64,000 nucleotides of DNA from Deltaproteobacteria bacterium (GCA_005879315.1 VBLC01000035.1:65686-129685), one strand, 5' to 3'; shown: positions 45,200 to 58,059, counted from the stretch's first letter. The notes: generated by a model from the sequence alone, not told the origin. Translations and numbers: made by a program.

Positions 45200-46354
45200 C
45201 AGGAACCAGGCCTTGAGGTAGTCGGTCTCGGGCACGCCGACGAGCGGAGGATGGTCGCGGCCCGCGCCGCGACGCTCGAGCAGCTGCAGCGGCCTCTTCG
45301 CCTCCTGCGCCGCCCAGGCGACGACCTCGCCGAACATTTCCTGCGTGACGCGGCCCGAGCAGGAGCAGGTGACGAGCAGCCCGCCCGGCTGGAGGAGACG
45401 GACGGCGCGATAGTTGATCTCCCGATACGCGCGCAGCGCGCCCTCGAGGCCTTCCTTGCGCTTGGCGAATGCGGGCGGGTCGAGGACGACCGTGTCGAAC
45501 TTGCGCCCCTCTTTGTCGAAGGCGCGCAGCACCTCGAGGGCATTGGCGGCGCGCGCCTCGAGGTTGCGCAAGCCGTTGCGGTCGGCGTTCTCGGCCGTGC
45601 GCTTCACCGCCGCCGCGTCTTGATCGATCGCCACGACGTGCTCCGCCCGTCGCGCGAGCTGCAGGGCGAAGCCGCCGTGATAGCAGAAGGCGTCGAGCGC
45701 CTCGCCCTTGGCCAGCTCGGCGGCGCGCAGATGATTTTCCGCCTGGTCGAGAAAGCCGCCGGTCTTGTGGTCCTCGAGCAGGTCGACGCTCAGCTCGATC
45801 TGTCCCTCGTGATAGGCGGCGACGACCGGCGCCTTTCCCTGGAGAAGCTCGGCCCGCCGGGGCAGCCCCTCGAAGTCGCGGGCGCTGCCGTCGTCGCGCG
45901 CCACGACCGCTTGCGCGCCGGTCACCTCGGCCACGATGCGCGCCAGGCTTTCGCGGCGGACCTCCGCCCATTCGGCGAGGTGCTGCACAGCGGCGGCGCG
46001 GCCGTAGAGGTCGACGAAATAGCCCGGGAGCAGATCGGCCTCGCCGTGCGCCATGCGGAAGGCATCCGCTTGGGGAAAGAGGGCGCGCCGCCGCTCGAGC
46101 GCGCGCTTCAGCCGCAATGCGAGCAGCGCTTCATCGAGCGGCTCGTCCTTGCGCGACAGCACCCGCAGCGCGATCGGGCTCTTCACCGCCCAGAACGCTC
46201 GGGCGATGAAATTGCCGCGCGCATCGACGATGCGCACCTCGGCGCCGCTGGGCAGATCCGGCTCGCCCTGCACGTCGGCCCGGAAGATCCAGGGATGGCC
46301 CGCTCGCGCTCGCGCCGCGCCCTTCTGCCGGACGGTGACGGTGGGCGCGCTCAT
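45188..46354 (-). CDS. rlmI: class I SAM-dependent rRNA (cytosine-C5) methyltransferase, PUA-domain type (RlmI-like)
   Basis: ATG 46354 (MSAPTVTVRQKGAARARAGHPWIF...). Motifs: DAFCYHGGFA and VVLDPPAF. Confidence 0.8.
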   Translation of the reverse strand: MSAPTVTVRQKGAARARAGHPWIFRADVQGEPDLPSGAEVRIVDARGNFIARAFWAVKSPIALRVLSRKDEPLDEALLALRLKRALERRRALFPQADAFRMAHGEADLLPGYFVDLYGRAAAVQHLAEWAEVRRESLARIVAEVTGAQAVVARDDGSARDFEGLPRRAELLQGKAPVVAAYHEGQIELSVDLLEDHKTGGFLDQAENHLRAAELAKGEALDAFCYHGGFALQLARRAEHVVAIDQDAAAVKRTAENADRNGLRNLEARAANALEVLRAFDKEGRKFDTVVLDPPAFAKRKEGLEGALRAYREINYRAVRLLQPGGLLVTCSCSGRVTQEMFGEVVAWAAQEAKRPLQLLERRGAGRDHPPLVGVPETDYLKAWFLLAP

Positions 46355-46413
46355 CGCGGTGTAGGCAAGTCTGTCATGGGCGCGCCTCGCGCGCATGCGG
46401 TAATCTCTCTGCG

Positions 46414-47418
46414 ATGACGCCAGAAGACGGCGCCAGCGCGAAGAAGATCACCCCGCTCGGCGGCTGCACTCCGGAAGAGGCGCGCCGGCTGGCCGAGTCG
46501 CTGGACTCGAACATCTCCCGCGCGCTGCGCGGCAAGCAGGAGATCGTCGAGCTGGCGCTGGCGGCGCTGGCGGCAGGCGGACATCTCCTGCTCGAGGACG
46601 TGCCCGGCGTAGGGAAGACCACGCTGGCGCAGGCGCTGGCGCGCTCGCTCGACCTCGCTTTCGCCCGCGTGCAGTTCACCAGCGATCTGTTGCCCGGCGA
46701 CATCACCGGTGTCTCCATCTACGATCAGTCGCGCGCCTCCTTCCTCTTCAAGCCGGGGCCGATCTTCGCCAACCTGATCCTCGCCGACGAGATCAATCGG
46801 ACCACGCCGCGCACGCAGAGCTGTCTTCTCGAAGCGATGTCCGAAGGCCAGGTCTCGGTCGACGGCGTGGCCCGCCCCTTGCCTGCGCCGTTCATGGTGC
46901 TCGCGACACAGAATCCGCACGAGCACGCCGGAACGTATCCGCTGCCGGAGTCGCAGCTCGATCGATTCCTCTTGCGGCTCTCCGTCGGGTACCCCGCGGC
47001 GGAGGTGGAGCGCGAGCTTCTCCTCGGCGGAGGCACGCACGAGGAGCTGATGCATCTGCGCCCGGTCGCCTCCGCGCAGGATGTGCGGCGCCTGCAGGGA
47101 GCGGCGGCCGGCGTGAAGGTGGCGCGGGAGATCGCCGACTACGTGCTCGCCATCGCCGCGGCGACGCGCAATACGCCGCTCGTCTCCTTGGGCGCCTCGC
47201 CGCGCGGAGCGATCGCGCTGCTCGGGGTGGCGAAGGCGCGCGCTCTCTTGCGCGGCCGCGGCTACGTCGAGCCCGACGACGTCAAGGACCTGTGCGTGCC
47301 GGTCCTCGCCCACCGCATCACGCTGTCGGGGCGCGGGCCAGGCGGCGGCGAGATCGAGCGCCTCTCCGCCGAGCGCGTCGTCCGCGATCTGGTCGAGCAG
47401 GTGCCGGTGCCGGAGTGA
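46414..47418 (+). CDS. MoxR-family AAA+ ATPase
   Basis: 334 aa. Walker A ([10 protein letters not shown]), Walker B (ILADEINR), and VLATQNP. Confidence 0.9.
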   Translation: MTPEDGASAKKITPLGGCTPEEARRLAESLDSNISRALRGKQEIVELALAALAAGGHLLLEDVPGVGKTTLAQALARSLDLAFARVQFTSDLLPGDITGVSIYDQSRASFLFKPGPIFANLILADEINRTTPRTQSCLLEAMSEGQVSVDGVARPLPAPFMVLATQNPHEHAGTYPLPESQLDRFLLRLSVGYPAAEVERELLLGGGTHEELMHLRPVASAQDVRRLQGAAAGVKVAREIADYVLAIAAATRNTPLVSLGASPRGAIALLGVAKARALLRGRGYVEPDDVKDLCVPVLAHRITLSGRGPGGGEIERLSAERVVRDLVEQVPVPE

Positions 47419-48377
47419 CTCCGGACTGGAAACGGCGGCTGACCTTCACGCGCGTGGGCCGCTGGTACACCGGGCTCACCATCGGCATCGGCCTCGCCGC
47501 CATCAATACCGGAAACAATTTGCTCTTCCTCGTGCTCGGCCTCCTTCTCGCGAGCATCGCAGTCTCAGGAATCCTCTCCGAACAGAGCCTCAAGGGCGTC
47601 CGTGTCGAGCGGCGCCTGCCCTCGGGCGCGACGGCCGGCGAGCCCGCGCTGATCGGGCTCCTCGCCCGGAACACCAAGCCGCGCGCCCCCTCGTTCTCGC
47701 TGGAATTGCGCGAGAGGGGCGGCGACGTCGAAGGGCGCGGCTTTCTCGTCCTGCTCCCCGCGCAGCAGGCGGCCGAAGCCGCCTACCGCTTCGTTCCCGA
47801 GCGGCGCGGCGTGCATCGTTTCGAGCAGCTGGAGGTGGCCACCCGCGCGCCTTTCGGTCTCTTCGAGAAGTCGCGGCCGCTCGATGCGCCGGCCGAGCTG
47901 ATCGTCTTCCCCCGCCGGGTGGCGCCGCCGCAGCTGCAGGCGCGCTCTTCGGCGCGCGACGGCGAGCGGCCGGAGGACCGCATCGGCGTGGGCTACGAGA
48001 TGCACTCGCTCCGCGACCACCGCGCGGGCGAGGACGCTCGCACCATCCACTGGAAGAGCAGCGCGCGGGCGGGCCGGCTCATCGGCGTGGATCGCGAGCA
48101 GGAGCACCGCAGGCGGGTCTGCGTGCTGCTCGACCATCGACGTCTCTCGGGAGCGATGCTCGAGTCCGCGGTGGAGAAGGCCGCGGCCCTGGTCGAACGG
48201 GAGATGGATGCCGGCGCCGAGGTCTCGCTCGCGCTCTGCGGCGAGGGACTTGCGTCGGGAAGCGGCGAGGCGCACCTGCGCGCTGCGCTGACGATGCTCG
48301 CCTTGGTGCAGCCCGCGCCGCGTGGGCCGGCGCCTGCCCCGGAGTCGGGAGCGGCGGTTCTCGAGGCATCGCCATGA
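47415..48377 (+). CDS. DUF58 domain protein
   Basis: GTGA overlap with the moxR stop. N-terminal TM hairpin with NTGNNLLFLV, and the DxRxIHWKSSAR motif. Confidence 0.8.
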   Translation: MTPDWKRRLTFTRVGRWYTGLTIGIGLAAINTGNNLLFLVLGLLLASIAVSGILSEQSLKGVRVERRLPSGATAGEPALIGLLARNTKPRAPSFSLELRERGGDVEGRGFLVLLPAQQAAEAAYRFVPERRGVHRFEQLEVATRAPFGLFEKSRPLDAPAELIVFPRRVAPPQLQARSSARDGERPEDRIGVGYEMHSLRDHRAGEDARTIHWKSSARAGRLIGVDREQEHRRRVCVLLDHRRLSGAMLESAVEKAAALVEREMDAGAEVSLALCGEGLASGSGEAHLRAALTMLALVQPAPRGPAPAPESGAAVLEASP

Positions 48378-50467
48378 AGCTCTTCGCCGGGAAGGGTGTC
48401 TCGCTGCTGCAGGCGCAACAGCTGGCCGGGTCGCTGGCGGCGCTCTCCGCTTTTGCCGCGTGCGCCGTCTCGGAAGAGCTCGGACTGGCCCTGCTCATCC
48501 TTTTTCCGGCTGCGCTCATCGGCGCGCACTACTGGGGAGGGCGCTTCTACGAGAAGGCGCAGTGGGCCTGGACGGTCCTGGTCGTCTTTGCCTTCCTCGT
48601 CTTCGCCGCGCAGGTGCTCGCCGGACAGCTCGACATCGTGCTGGCCGCGGCCCGCTTCGCTCTCTTGCTCTGCATCCATCGTCTCTGGCATCGGCGCAAC
48701 CAGCGCGACGAGCTGCTCCTGCTTCTGCTCTGTCTGCTCCTGCTCTGCGCCGGCGCTGCCCTCTCCGCACAGCTGCTCTTCGGATTCGCCTTCCTCGCCT
48801 TTTCGGTCACCGCCACCTGGGCCATGGCCTTCACTCACTTGCGCTTCGAGATCGAGTCCGGCCGGGGACCGGCGGGCTCGGCCGCGCTGTTGCAGTCGCG
48901 CCGCATCGCCACCCCTGCGCTGCTCGCGGGGCTGGGCGGGCTCTCGCTGCTCGGCCTGGTCGGATCGGCGCTCATCTTCTTCACCTTCCCCCGCGTGACG
49001 ATCGGCGGGCTGCGGCGCCCTTCGCGCGGCGTGCCGGTGGCGGGGCTGGGCGACCGGATCGACCTCTCCGGTCACGGCACGATCGCCGATGACCCGCGCG
49101 TGGTCCTGCGGGTGCGGCTCGACCCGCCGCCCGATGCGGGGCGCAAGAGCCTGACGGAGCACTGGCGCGCCCGCGCGCTCTCGGTCTGGACCGGGCTGGG
49201 TTGGCGCGCGCTCGAGTCTGGGCTGGCACCGGCGCGCTTCCCCCCGCCGCCGAAGCTGAGCAAGGCACGGCGCCAGCCGCCGCTCGTCGCCGACATCGAA
49301 GCCGTGGCGGGATTCAGCGAAGGAGTGATCCTCACTCCCGAGGGCTGGCCATTGGCCGTCAGCTTCGGCCGGCCGCTCTCGGCGCGAGGGTCCGCGCTGC
49401 GCCTCTATCGCGACGCGGCCGGCGACTTCTTCTACCAGCCGGTCGAAGTCGGCGACTTGCGCTACACGGTGGTGGCGGAGCGGACGACGCCCGAGCTCGA
49501 TCTGCTCCGCGGCCGCGGCGAGAAGTATCCTCCTTGGCTGGCGGCGGATCTGGCGGTACCGGCCGATCTCGATCCGCGCCTGCGCGACCTCTCCAGGCGT
49601 CTGACGGCGGAAAAGGATCCGGCCGACGCCGCGACCGCTGTCGAGCGCTACCTGTCCTCGACCCTGCAGTACAGCCGCGAGCTGGCGGGCGAGCAGAAGG
49701 ACCCCATCGCGCACTTTCTCTTCGAGCGGCGCAAGGGACACTGCGAGCTGTTCTCCAGCGCGATGGTGCTCTTGTTGCGCACCGCCGGCATTCCCGCGCG
49801 CAACGTCACCGGATATTACGGCGGCGAGTGGACCGACGCCGGCTACTACGCGGTGCGGGCCGGCGACGCGCACAGCTGGGTCGAAGTGTATTTCCCGCGC
49901 GCTGGCTGGGTGCTGTTCGATCCCACTCCCGCTGCCGAGCGCGGCAGCCGGCAGGAGGGACTCTGGGCGCGCGCAGTGCTCGCCTGGGATGCGCTGCAGC
50001 AGAAGTGGCGCGCGTTCATCGTCGACTACGACTTGCTCGCGCAGGCGCAGATGGTGAAGCAGATCGGCTCGATGCTCAGCGAGGCAGGCCGCCGGCTCTC
50101 GGGGAAGGGCGCCGGCGCGGCGCAGCTCCGGCTCGTGCTCGGTGGGCTCGTCGCGCTGGTCGTGGCCGCACTGCTCGGGTTTGCCCTCCGGCGGGTGCGC
50201 CTCGGCGGCCGGCGCGGGGCCATGCTCGGGATCGACGAGCGCCGCGCGCTGCAGCTCTGGCGGCGGGCGCGGCGGCGGCTCTCGCGGGCGGGGATCGAGC
50301 TCGGTCCGGCCACGACTCCGCAGGAGGCCGCGGAGAGGGCCCGAGTCGCCGCCGCTCACGAGCTGGTGGCAGCCTACAGCGCCGCTCGTTGGGGTGGCGC
50401 GCGCCTCTCGGCGGAGCAGGCGCGAGCGCTCTTGCGCGGCCTCGACCGGGCGCTCGCCGGCGCGTAA
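48374..50467 (+). CDS. transglutaminase-domain membrane protein (TgpA-like)
   Basis: 697 aa, ATGA overlap with DUF58. N-terminal multi-TM region. Catalytic core GHCELFSSAMVLLLR ... DAHSWVEVYF ... FDPT. Confidence 0.85.
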   Translation: MKLFAGKGVSLLQAQQLAGSLAALSAFAACAVSEELGLALLILFPAALIGAHYWGGRFYEKAQWAWTVLVVFAFLVFAAQVLAGQLDIVLAAARFALLLCIHRLWHRRNQRDELLLLLLCLLLLCAGAALSAQLLFGFAFLAFSVTATWAMAFTHLRFEIESGRGPAGSAALLQSRRIATPALLAGLGGLSLLGLVGSALIFFTFPRVTIGGLRRPSRGVPVAGLGDRIDLSGHGTIADDPRVVLRVRLDPPPDAGRKSLTEHWRARALSVWTGLGWRALESGLAPARFPPPPKLSKARRQPPLVADIEAVAGFSEGVILTPEGWPLAVSFGRPLSARGSALRLYRDAAGDFFYQPVEVGDLRYTVVAERTTPELDLLRGRGEKYPPWLAADLAVPADLDPRLRDLSRRLTAEKDPADAATAVERYLSSTLQYSRELAGEQKDPIAHFLFERRKGHCELFSSAMVLLLRTAGIPARNVTGYYGGEWTDAGYYAVRAGDAHSWVEVYFPRAGWVLFDPTPAAERGSRQEGLWARAVLAWDALQQKWRAFIVDYDLLAQAQMVKQIGSMLSEAGRRLSGKGAGAAQLRLVLGGLVALVVAALLGFALRRVRLGGRRGAMLGIDERRALQLWRRARRRLSRAGIELGPATTPQEAAERARVAAAHELVAAYSAARWGGARLSAEQARALLRGLDRALAGA

Positions 50468-50477
50468 ATTCCCTCTC

Positions 50478-51329
50478 ATGCCCGAGCTGCCCGAAGTCGA
50501 GATCGCCTCGCGCCAGCTGCGCCACTGGCTCCTGGGGAAGCGCATCGCCCGCGCCCGCGCCGAGCGGACACGCGTCATCCGAGGCCAAGGGCCGCAGCGC
50601 TTCGCCGCGCTCGCCGGACACGCGCTCTCGGACATCGAGCGCTTCGGCAAATGGATGCTGCTCTCCTTCGACGGCGGCGAGGGGCTGCTCTCGCATCTGG
50701 GGATGACCGGCAAATGGATCCGGCGCCGGCCGGGCGAGGACGCTTCTTCCCATGTCCGCGCCACGGTGCAGCTCGACGACGGCAGCGCGATCGACTACCG
50801 CGATCCGAGGCTCTTCGGCCGGCTGGTGCGCGGCAAGACGGCGGCGCTGCGGCAGCTTTCGCCGTTGCGGGCGCTGGGACCCGACCCGCTCGAGGAGATC
50901 GACGTCGATCGCCTGCACGACCTGCTCTCGCGCACGCAGCGCTCCCTCAAGGAGGCGCTGATGGACCAGCGCGTCCTCGCTGGCCTGGGGAACATCCTCG
51001 TCTCGGAAGCGCTCCATCGCGCGCGGCTCGATCCGCGGCGGCGGGGGACCTCGCTTTTGCGCGAGGAGACCGAGCGGCTGGCGGACGCGATCCGCGAAGC
51101 GATTCGCGCTTCGCTGGCGGAGGAGGACAGCCCCGAGCCCATCACCTACGTCGAAGAGGGAGGGGAGAACTTCTTTCTCGTCTACGATCGCGCGGGCCAG
51201 CCCTGCTACACCTGCCGGACTCCAATCCAGCGGCTCGTGCAAGGCGGCCGGAGTACCTTCTTCTGTCCCTTCTGCCAGCGCACGGAGAGGAAAGGCGCGC
51301 AGAGGCGGCGCAAGCGGGCGCTCGCCTGA
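50478..51329 (+). CDS. mutM: formamidopyrimidine-DNA glycosylase
   Basis: MPELPEVE N-terminus, LGMTG, H2TH region, and the C-terminal zinc finger CYTCRTPIQ...FFCPFCQ. Confidence 0.9.
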   Translation: MPELPEVEIASRQLRHWLLGKRIARARAERTRVIRGQGPQRFAALAGHALSDIERFGKWMLLSFDGGEGLLSHLGMTGKWIRRRPGEDASSHVRATVQLDDGSAIDYRDPRLFGRLVRGKTAALRQLSPLRALGPDPLEEIDVDRLHDLLSRTQRSLKEALMDQRVLAGLGNILVSEALHRARLDPRRRGTSLLREETERLADAIREAIRASLAEEDSPEPITYVEEGGENFFLVYDRAGQPCYTCRTPIQRLVQGGRSTFFCPFCQRTERKGAQRRRKRALA

Positions 51330-51335
51330 CGGGCG

Positions 51336-52163
51336 TTGCCTCCCTCGCCAGCCGTTCCCAAGTTGCGCAATGTGCTCCTCGCACCTGTCGACGACGTGCG
51401 TGAACTCGCCGCTCATTCGCGGGCGCTGGCCATCTTGCAGGAGGAAGGCCTCGACCCGATGATCGGCGGGGCTTACGCCCTTCGCGTCCACACCGGCATC
51501 TGGCGCGACACCAAAGACCTCGACCTGTTCATCCGCAAGGACGTGGTCGACTCCGCCCTGAAGGCGCTCCGCCGCGCCGGCTACCGGACGGAGTTCACCG
51601 ATCCCTACTGGATCGCCAAGGCCTACAGCGACCCTTACTTCGTCGACCTCATCTTCTCCTCCGGGAACGGCATCGCCATCGTCGACGAGCTCTGGGTCCG
51701 CCGCGCGGGAGTCGCGCGCGTCCTCGATCGCGACGCGCTGGTCGTTCCGCCCGAGGAGATGATCTGGTCCAAGGCCTTCATCCAGGAGCGGGAGCGCTTC
51801 GACGGAGCGGACATCCACCACCTCCTGCGCTGCCAGGGCGCGAGGCTGGATTGGAAGCATTTGCTCATGCGCTTCGAGCAGCACTGGGAAGTGCTCTTCG
51901 CGCACCTGGTGACCTTCCGCTTCGCCTTTCCCGGCGAGAAGGACCAGGTTCCCGCCTGGGTGATGCGCGATCTCGCCGGGCGAGTCGAGGAGGCCGAGGG
52001 GGAGCCCGCGCGCGCCGATCGCATCTGCCGCGGCACGCTGCTCTCGCGCCAGCAGTATCTGCACGAGACGAATGTCGAGGGGTACCGGGACGCCCGCGAG
52101 AAGGAATCTCCCGGCTGGACCGGCGACCGAGCCTTTCCGGTCTCGTACCCTTCGGGCGAGTGA
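51336..52163 (+). CDS. nucleotidyltransferase-fold protein of unknown function
   Basis: GGAYALRVHTGIWRDTKDLDLF fits the G[GS]-x(9-13)-DxD minimal NTase signature. The start is uncertain (TTG 51336 or a downstream GTG). Confidence 0.5.
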   Translation: MPPSPAVPKLRNVLLAPVDDVRELAAHSRALAILQEEGLDPMIGGAYALRVHTGIWRDTKDLDLFIRKDVVDSALKALRRAGYRTEFTDPYWIAKAYSDPYFVDLIFSSGNGIAIVDELWVRRAGVARVLDRDALVVPPEEMIWSKAFIQERERFDGADIHHLLRCQGARLDWKHLLMRFEQHWEVLFAHLVTFRFAFPGEKDQVPAWVMRDLAGRVEEAEGEPARADRICRGTLLSRQQYLHETNVEGYRDAREKESPGWTGDRAFPVSYPSGE

Positions 52164-52169
52164 GGCGAG

Positions 52170-52877
52170 ATGCGCATCGCGGCCGTCGGTGATCTCCATT
52201 GCCGCGCCGATACTCGGCGCAACGTCGCCGTCGCGCTGCGCGGGGTGGACCAGGAAGCGGAAGTGCTTCTCCTCGCCGGCGACTTGACCGACCACGGGAC
52301 GCCCGAGGAGGCCAGCTGGCTGGCGGAGGAGCTCGCGCAGATCAAGATGGAGAAATGCGCGGTGTTGGGGAACCACGACTACGAGGCCGGACAGGAGGCG
52401 GTGGTGCGCAAGGCGCTTCGCGACGCCGGCGTGCACGTCCTCGACGGCGAGCCCTGGGCGGTGAACGACCTCGGCGTCGCGGGCGTCAAGGGTTTCGCCG
52501 GCGGCTTCGAGCACGCGCAGCTGCAGCGCTTCGGCGAGGCTTCGCTCAAGGTCTTCGTCGATACCTGCATCGAGGAAGAGCTCAAGCTGGAAAAGGCGCT
52601 CTTCCAGCTTCGCACTCGCCATCGCATCGCGCTCTTGCACTACGCCCCCTGCCGGCAGACGCTGGAGGGCGAGCCGCTGGAGATCTTTCCCTTCCTCGGC
52701 GCAACCCGCCTGGCCGGTCCGCTCGATCAGCTTCGCCCCAACCTCGCCATCCACGGCCACGCACACCGCGGCGTTCTCCGCGGCGCGACGCTCGGCGGGA
52801 TTCCCGTCTTCAACGTCGCGCTCCCGGTGCTCCGCCGGCTGGAGAAGCCGCTCGGCTACCTCACGATCGATCTCTAG
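52170..52877 (+). CDS. metallophosphoesterase (calcineurin-like)
   Basis: 235 aa. Motifs: AAVGDLH, LLAGDLTDHG, LGNHD, and GHAH near the C-terminus. Confidence 0.8.
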   Translation: MRIAAVGDLHCRADTRRNVAVALRGVDQEAEVLLLAGDLTDHGTPEEASWLAEELAQIKMEKCAVLGNHDYEAGQEAVVRKALRDAGVHVLDGEPWAVNDLGVAGVKGFAGGFEHAQLQRFGEASLKVFVDTCIEEELKLEKALFQLRTRHRIALLHYAPCRQTLEGEPLEIFPFLGATRLAGPLDQLRPNLAIHGHAHRGVLRGATLGGIPVFNVALPVLRRLEKPLGYLTIDL

Positions 52878-53427
52878 TCGGCGCGATCTCCCGGTACAGG
52901 TACGTGAGCCGCAGCTCCCCTCCTTTCACTCTCGCCAGCGCATCGGCCCCGATGCGGACGAATTTCACCGCGGTCTCGGGCAGGCGCGCGCTGACCCACT
53001 TGAGCGTCTGCGCCGCCCAGATGGAAAACATCGGCCTCTTTCGCGCCTTGTCCGCCGCGCGCCAGAACGTCACGTGGGCGTAGAGCCGTGCGGGATGCAG
53101 CTCCCCCGCCGGCGCGTTCTTGAGCTGGAGCACGAGGCAATCCGATCGCTCCTCGTCGATCTGCCACCACCCCTTGAAGGGACCCGCTGGCTGCAGATGC
53201 GCGATGACGTCCGCGCTGTGTTTGCGGTGGAAGAGATAGAGGCGCTGCTCGCCGGGCAGGGACTCCCTTCGCTCGAGCTTCGTCGGATCGCGCAGCAACT
53301 CCTGCGCATCGCCCCGCAGATACCGCCCTCCCGAATGCACCAACCCCGGGTCGCGCCGGTCCAACTCGGCGAGAAGGTCGCGCACGTCGATCTCGGTGAG
53401 AAAGGCCCACAGCTGTCGCGCGGCCAT
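52861..53427 (-). CDS. hypothetical protein (188 aa)
   Basis: Coherent non-repetitive ORF 15 nt downstream of the S8 protease stop, on the same strand. No motif recognised. Confidence 0.5.
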   Translation of the reverse strand: MAARQLWAFLTEIDVRDLLAELDRRDPGLVHSGGRYLRGDAQELLRDPTKLERRESLPGEQRLYLFHRKHSADVIAHLQPAGPFKGWWQIDEERSDCLVLQLKNAPAGELHPARLYAHVTFWRAADKARKRPMFSIWAAQTLKWVSARLPETAVKFVRIGADALARVKGGELRLTYLYREIAPTRDRS

Positions 53428-53442
53428 CGCCGCAGGATGGCA

Positions 53443-55350
53443 TCATTCGATGACCACCGGAATGGCGTCCGTTCGTGCCGGCCCGGCGCCGAGGGTCATC
53501 TCGAAGCGTCCGCGGCGCGCAAACCAGGCGTAGAGATGCGAGCCTGCGACTTGCCTCCCGCCCGGCAACGTCCAGCGGATGGCGGCCGACTCGCCTTCGG
53601 CGGCCTGCAAGGAACAGCCCGCGCCCGCGCGCGCATGCAGTGCGCCGTCTTTCATCTCGCAGCTGCCGGCCGTTACGGCGACGAGCGAATCATCGGGGCG
53701 CGCCTCCACTTGAAGCGTAGGACCCTGGCCGTCGTCATCGACGAAACGGACAGTTCCGACATCGCCAAAAGGCGCGAGCCGATCCCGATCGACGCTGATC
53801 GAGATGCGGGCGGGCGAATCGCCCTCGGCAGGTCCCAGCTTGATCCACTTCCGATCGGCGCTCGCCCTCCATTTGCGAGGCGCTCCGCTCTGGGTGCGGA
53901 TGGAGACGGTTTGGGTAAGGAAGGCGCGGCTCCGGAACGTCAGCGACGCGCGAGACAGAGCCAGTGCCTGTGGGGCCGGCTCGTCCATCTCGAAAGCGTC
54001 GAAGGCCTGGGCGACGTTGAGGCGGCCGTGCTCCGCTCCTTCGAGCAGCGCTCTCGCCACCTGCTCCAGCGATGCCTCCGGGTGCGCTGCCCAGAGCAGC
54101 GCCGCTGCTCCGCTGACATGCGGCGCGGCCATGCTGGTTCCATCGTATCGCTCGTATCGTCCTGGCGCGGTCGTCGAGAGAATTCCTACGCCGGGCGCGA
54201 CGATGCGCGAGCCTCGGTTGGAAAATGTGGCGAGCAGATCGTCCGGCGTGGTCGCGCCGACGGAGAGCACGTTGTCCGCGTCGAGGCCGGCGGGAAAGTC
54301 AGGGCTTCTGCCCGAGCCGTTTCCCGCCGCCGCGACAAAGAGCGCGCCGCGCCTGCCGGCCCTCTCGATCGCTCGCGCCAGCGCCTGGCTTCTTCCACCG
54401 CCACCCCAGGAGGCATTGATGACGCGCGCGCCATGGTCGACCGCGTAGTCGATCGAGCGCGCGAGGTCGTCGCTGCGGCCGCCTCTGGGACCCAGCCCGC
54501 GCACCGCCATGATCGAGACATTCCAGTTGACGCCGACGACGCCGAGATGGTTGTCGCCGGCGGCGCCGATGGTCCCCGAGACGTGCGAGCCATGCCAGCG
54601 CGCCTCGCCCTCGGGGGCAGGAGATGGGTCGCCGTCTCCATCGACGAAGTCGGCGCCGTGCCAGTCATCGACGATGCCGTCGCCATCGTCGTCTTCGCCG
54701 TTGCCCGGAATCTCCTGCGGGTTGGTCCACAAGTTCGACTGCAGATCGGGATGGTCGAGCGCGACGCCGTCGTCGATCACGGCGACCGTGACGCTGCGAT
54801 CGCCCACCGTGCGCGCCCATGCCTGGTTTGCCTCGATCTTCGTCAGCGCCCATTGATCCCGGTGGCGCGGATCGTTCGGCATCCGGCTCGCCTGATAGAT
54901 GTAGACGGGCTCGGCGAACTGGACTCCCGGCGCGCGTTCCAGTTGTTCCGCGGCTTTCGCTGCATCCGTGCCCGGCTCGAGCGGCAAGCGCAGGAGCGGC
55001 GCTTCTCCGTCGGGCGCGAGCGACTCGAGCGCGACGATGGGCGGTCCCTTCTCGGGATCGGCCCGGCCTTCTGGAGGGGCCGCGCCAGGCTCGAGCTGCA
55101 CCAGGATCGAATCGGAGGCATGGATGGCCGGCGACCCGCGCGCGACGCAGCCGGCCGCGGCGATCGCCGCCGCAAGGATGGCAGCGCGACTCGGTTTCTT
55201 GCGCCGCCGCCTCGGCAGCTCGTCTTGCTCGTCCTCGATCTCGTCGAGATCGAAAAGCGGATCGCGCGGCTCGAACCGCGCATCGAGAAAGCGCAGCGGC
55301 CAGAACGGATCGCCCGAGCTCACCGGCAGGTCCGAAAGATTCCGATCCAT
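53443..55350 (-). CDS. S8 (subtilisin) family serine peptidase with internal membrane-anchor/signal segment and C-terminal beta-rich extension
   Basis: Catalytic triad motifs: VAVIDDG (Asp), HGSHVSGTIGA (His), GTSMAAPHVSGAAALL (Ser). ATG 55350 is preceded by GGGGGG. RRRRKKPSRAAILAAAIAAAGC is a hydrophobic anchor. Confidence 0.85.
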   Translation of the reverse strand: MDRNLSDLPVSSGDPFWPLRFLDARFEPRDPLFDLDEIEDEQDELPRRRRKKPSRAAILAAAIAAAGCVARGSPAIHASDSILVQLEPGAAPPEGRADPEKGPPIVALESLAPDGEAPLLRLPLEPGTDAAKAAEQLERAPGVQFAEPVYIYQASRMPNDPRHRDQWALTKIEANQAWARTVGDRSVTVAVIDDGVALDHPDLQSNLWTNPQEIPGNGEDDDGDGIVDDWHGADFVDGDGDPSPAPEGEARWHGSHVSGTIGAAGDNHLGVVGVNWNVSIMAVRGLGPRGGRSDDLARSIDYAVDHGARVINASWGGGGRSQALARAIERAGRRGALFVAAAGNGSGRSPDFPAGLDADNVLSVGATTPDDLLATFSNRGSRIVAPGVGILSTTAPGRYERYDGTSMAAPHVSGAAALLWAAHPEASLEQVARALLEGAEHGRLNVAQAFDAFEMDEPAPQALALSRASLTFRSRAFLTQTVSIRTQSGAPRKWRASADRKWIKLGPAEGDSPARISISVDRDRLAPFGDVGTVRFVDDDGQGPTLQVEARPDDSLVAVTAGSCEMKDGALHARAGAGCSLQAAEGESAAIRWTLPGGRQVAGSHLYAWFARRGRFEMTLGAGPARTDAIPVVIE

Positions 55351-55493
55351 GCAAAAGCCCCCCGAAGATGGACCGCGCTGCGCGGCCGGGCGGGGCAATT
55401 GCACCGGACGTGCCGGCCACGCTCAGAGGGGGGCGCGCTGTTCCGACGGTCCCGGTCCGCGACCCCGGTCGCGAAATGGACCGCCGCCTGCTC

Positions 55494-58059
<2,566 letters not shown>

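Noticed and set aside
47993-50764. 923-aa minus-strand ORF
   Set aside because: It is antisense to DUF58, the transglutaminase and mutM, which carry unmistakable motifs. Its composition is Arg/Pro/Ala/Gly-dominated.
55458-55473. Hairpin CGCGAC-CCCG-GTCGCG downstream of alaS as an intrinsic terminator
   Set aside because: The stem is short and no U-tract follows on the alaS strand. It may be a fortuitous GC palindrome.
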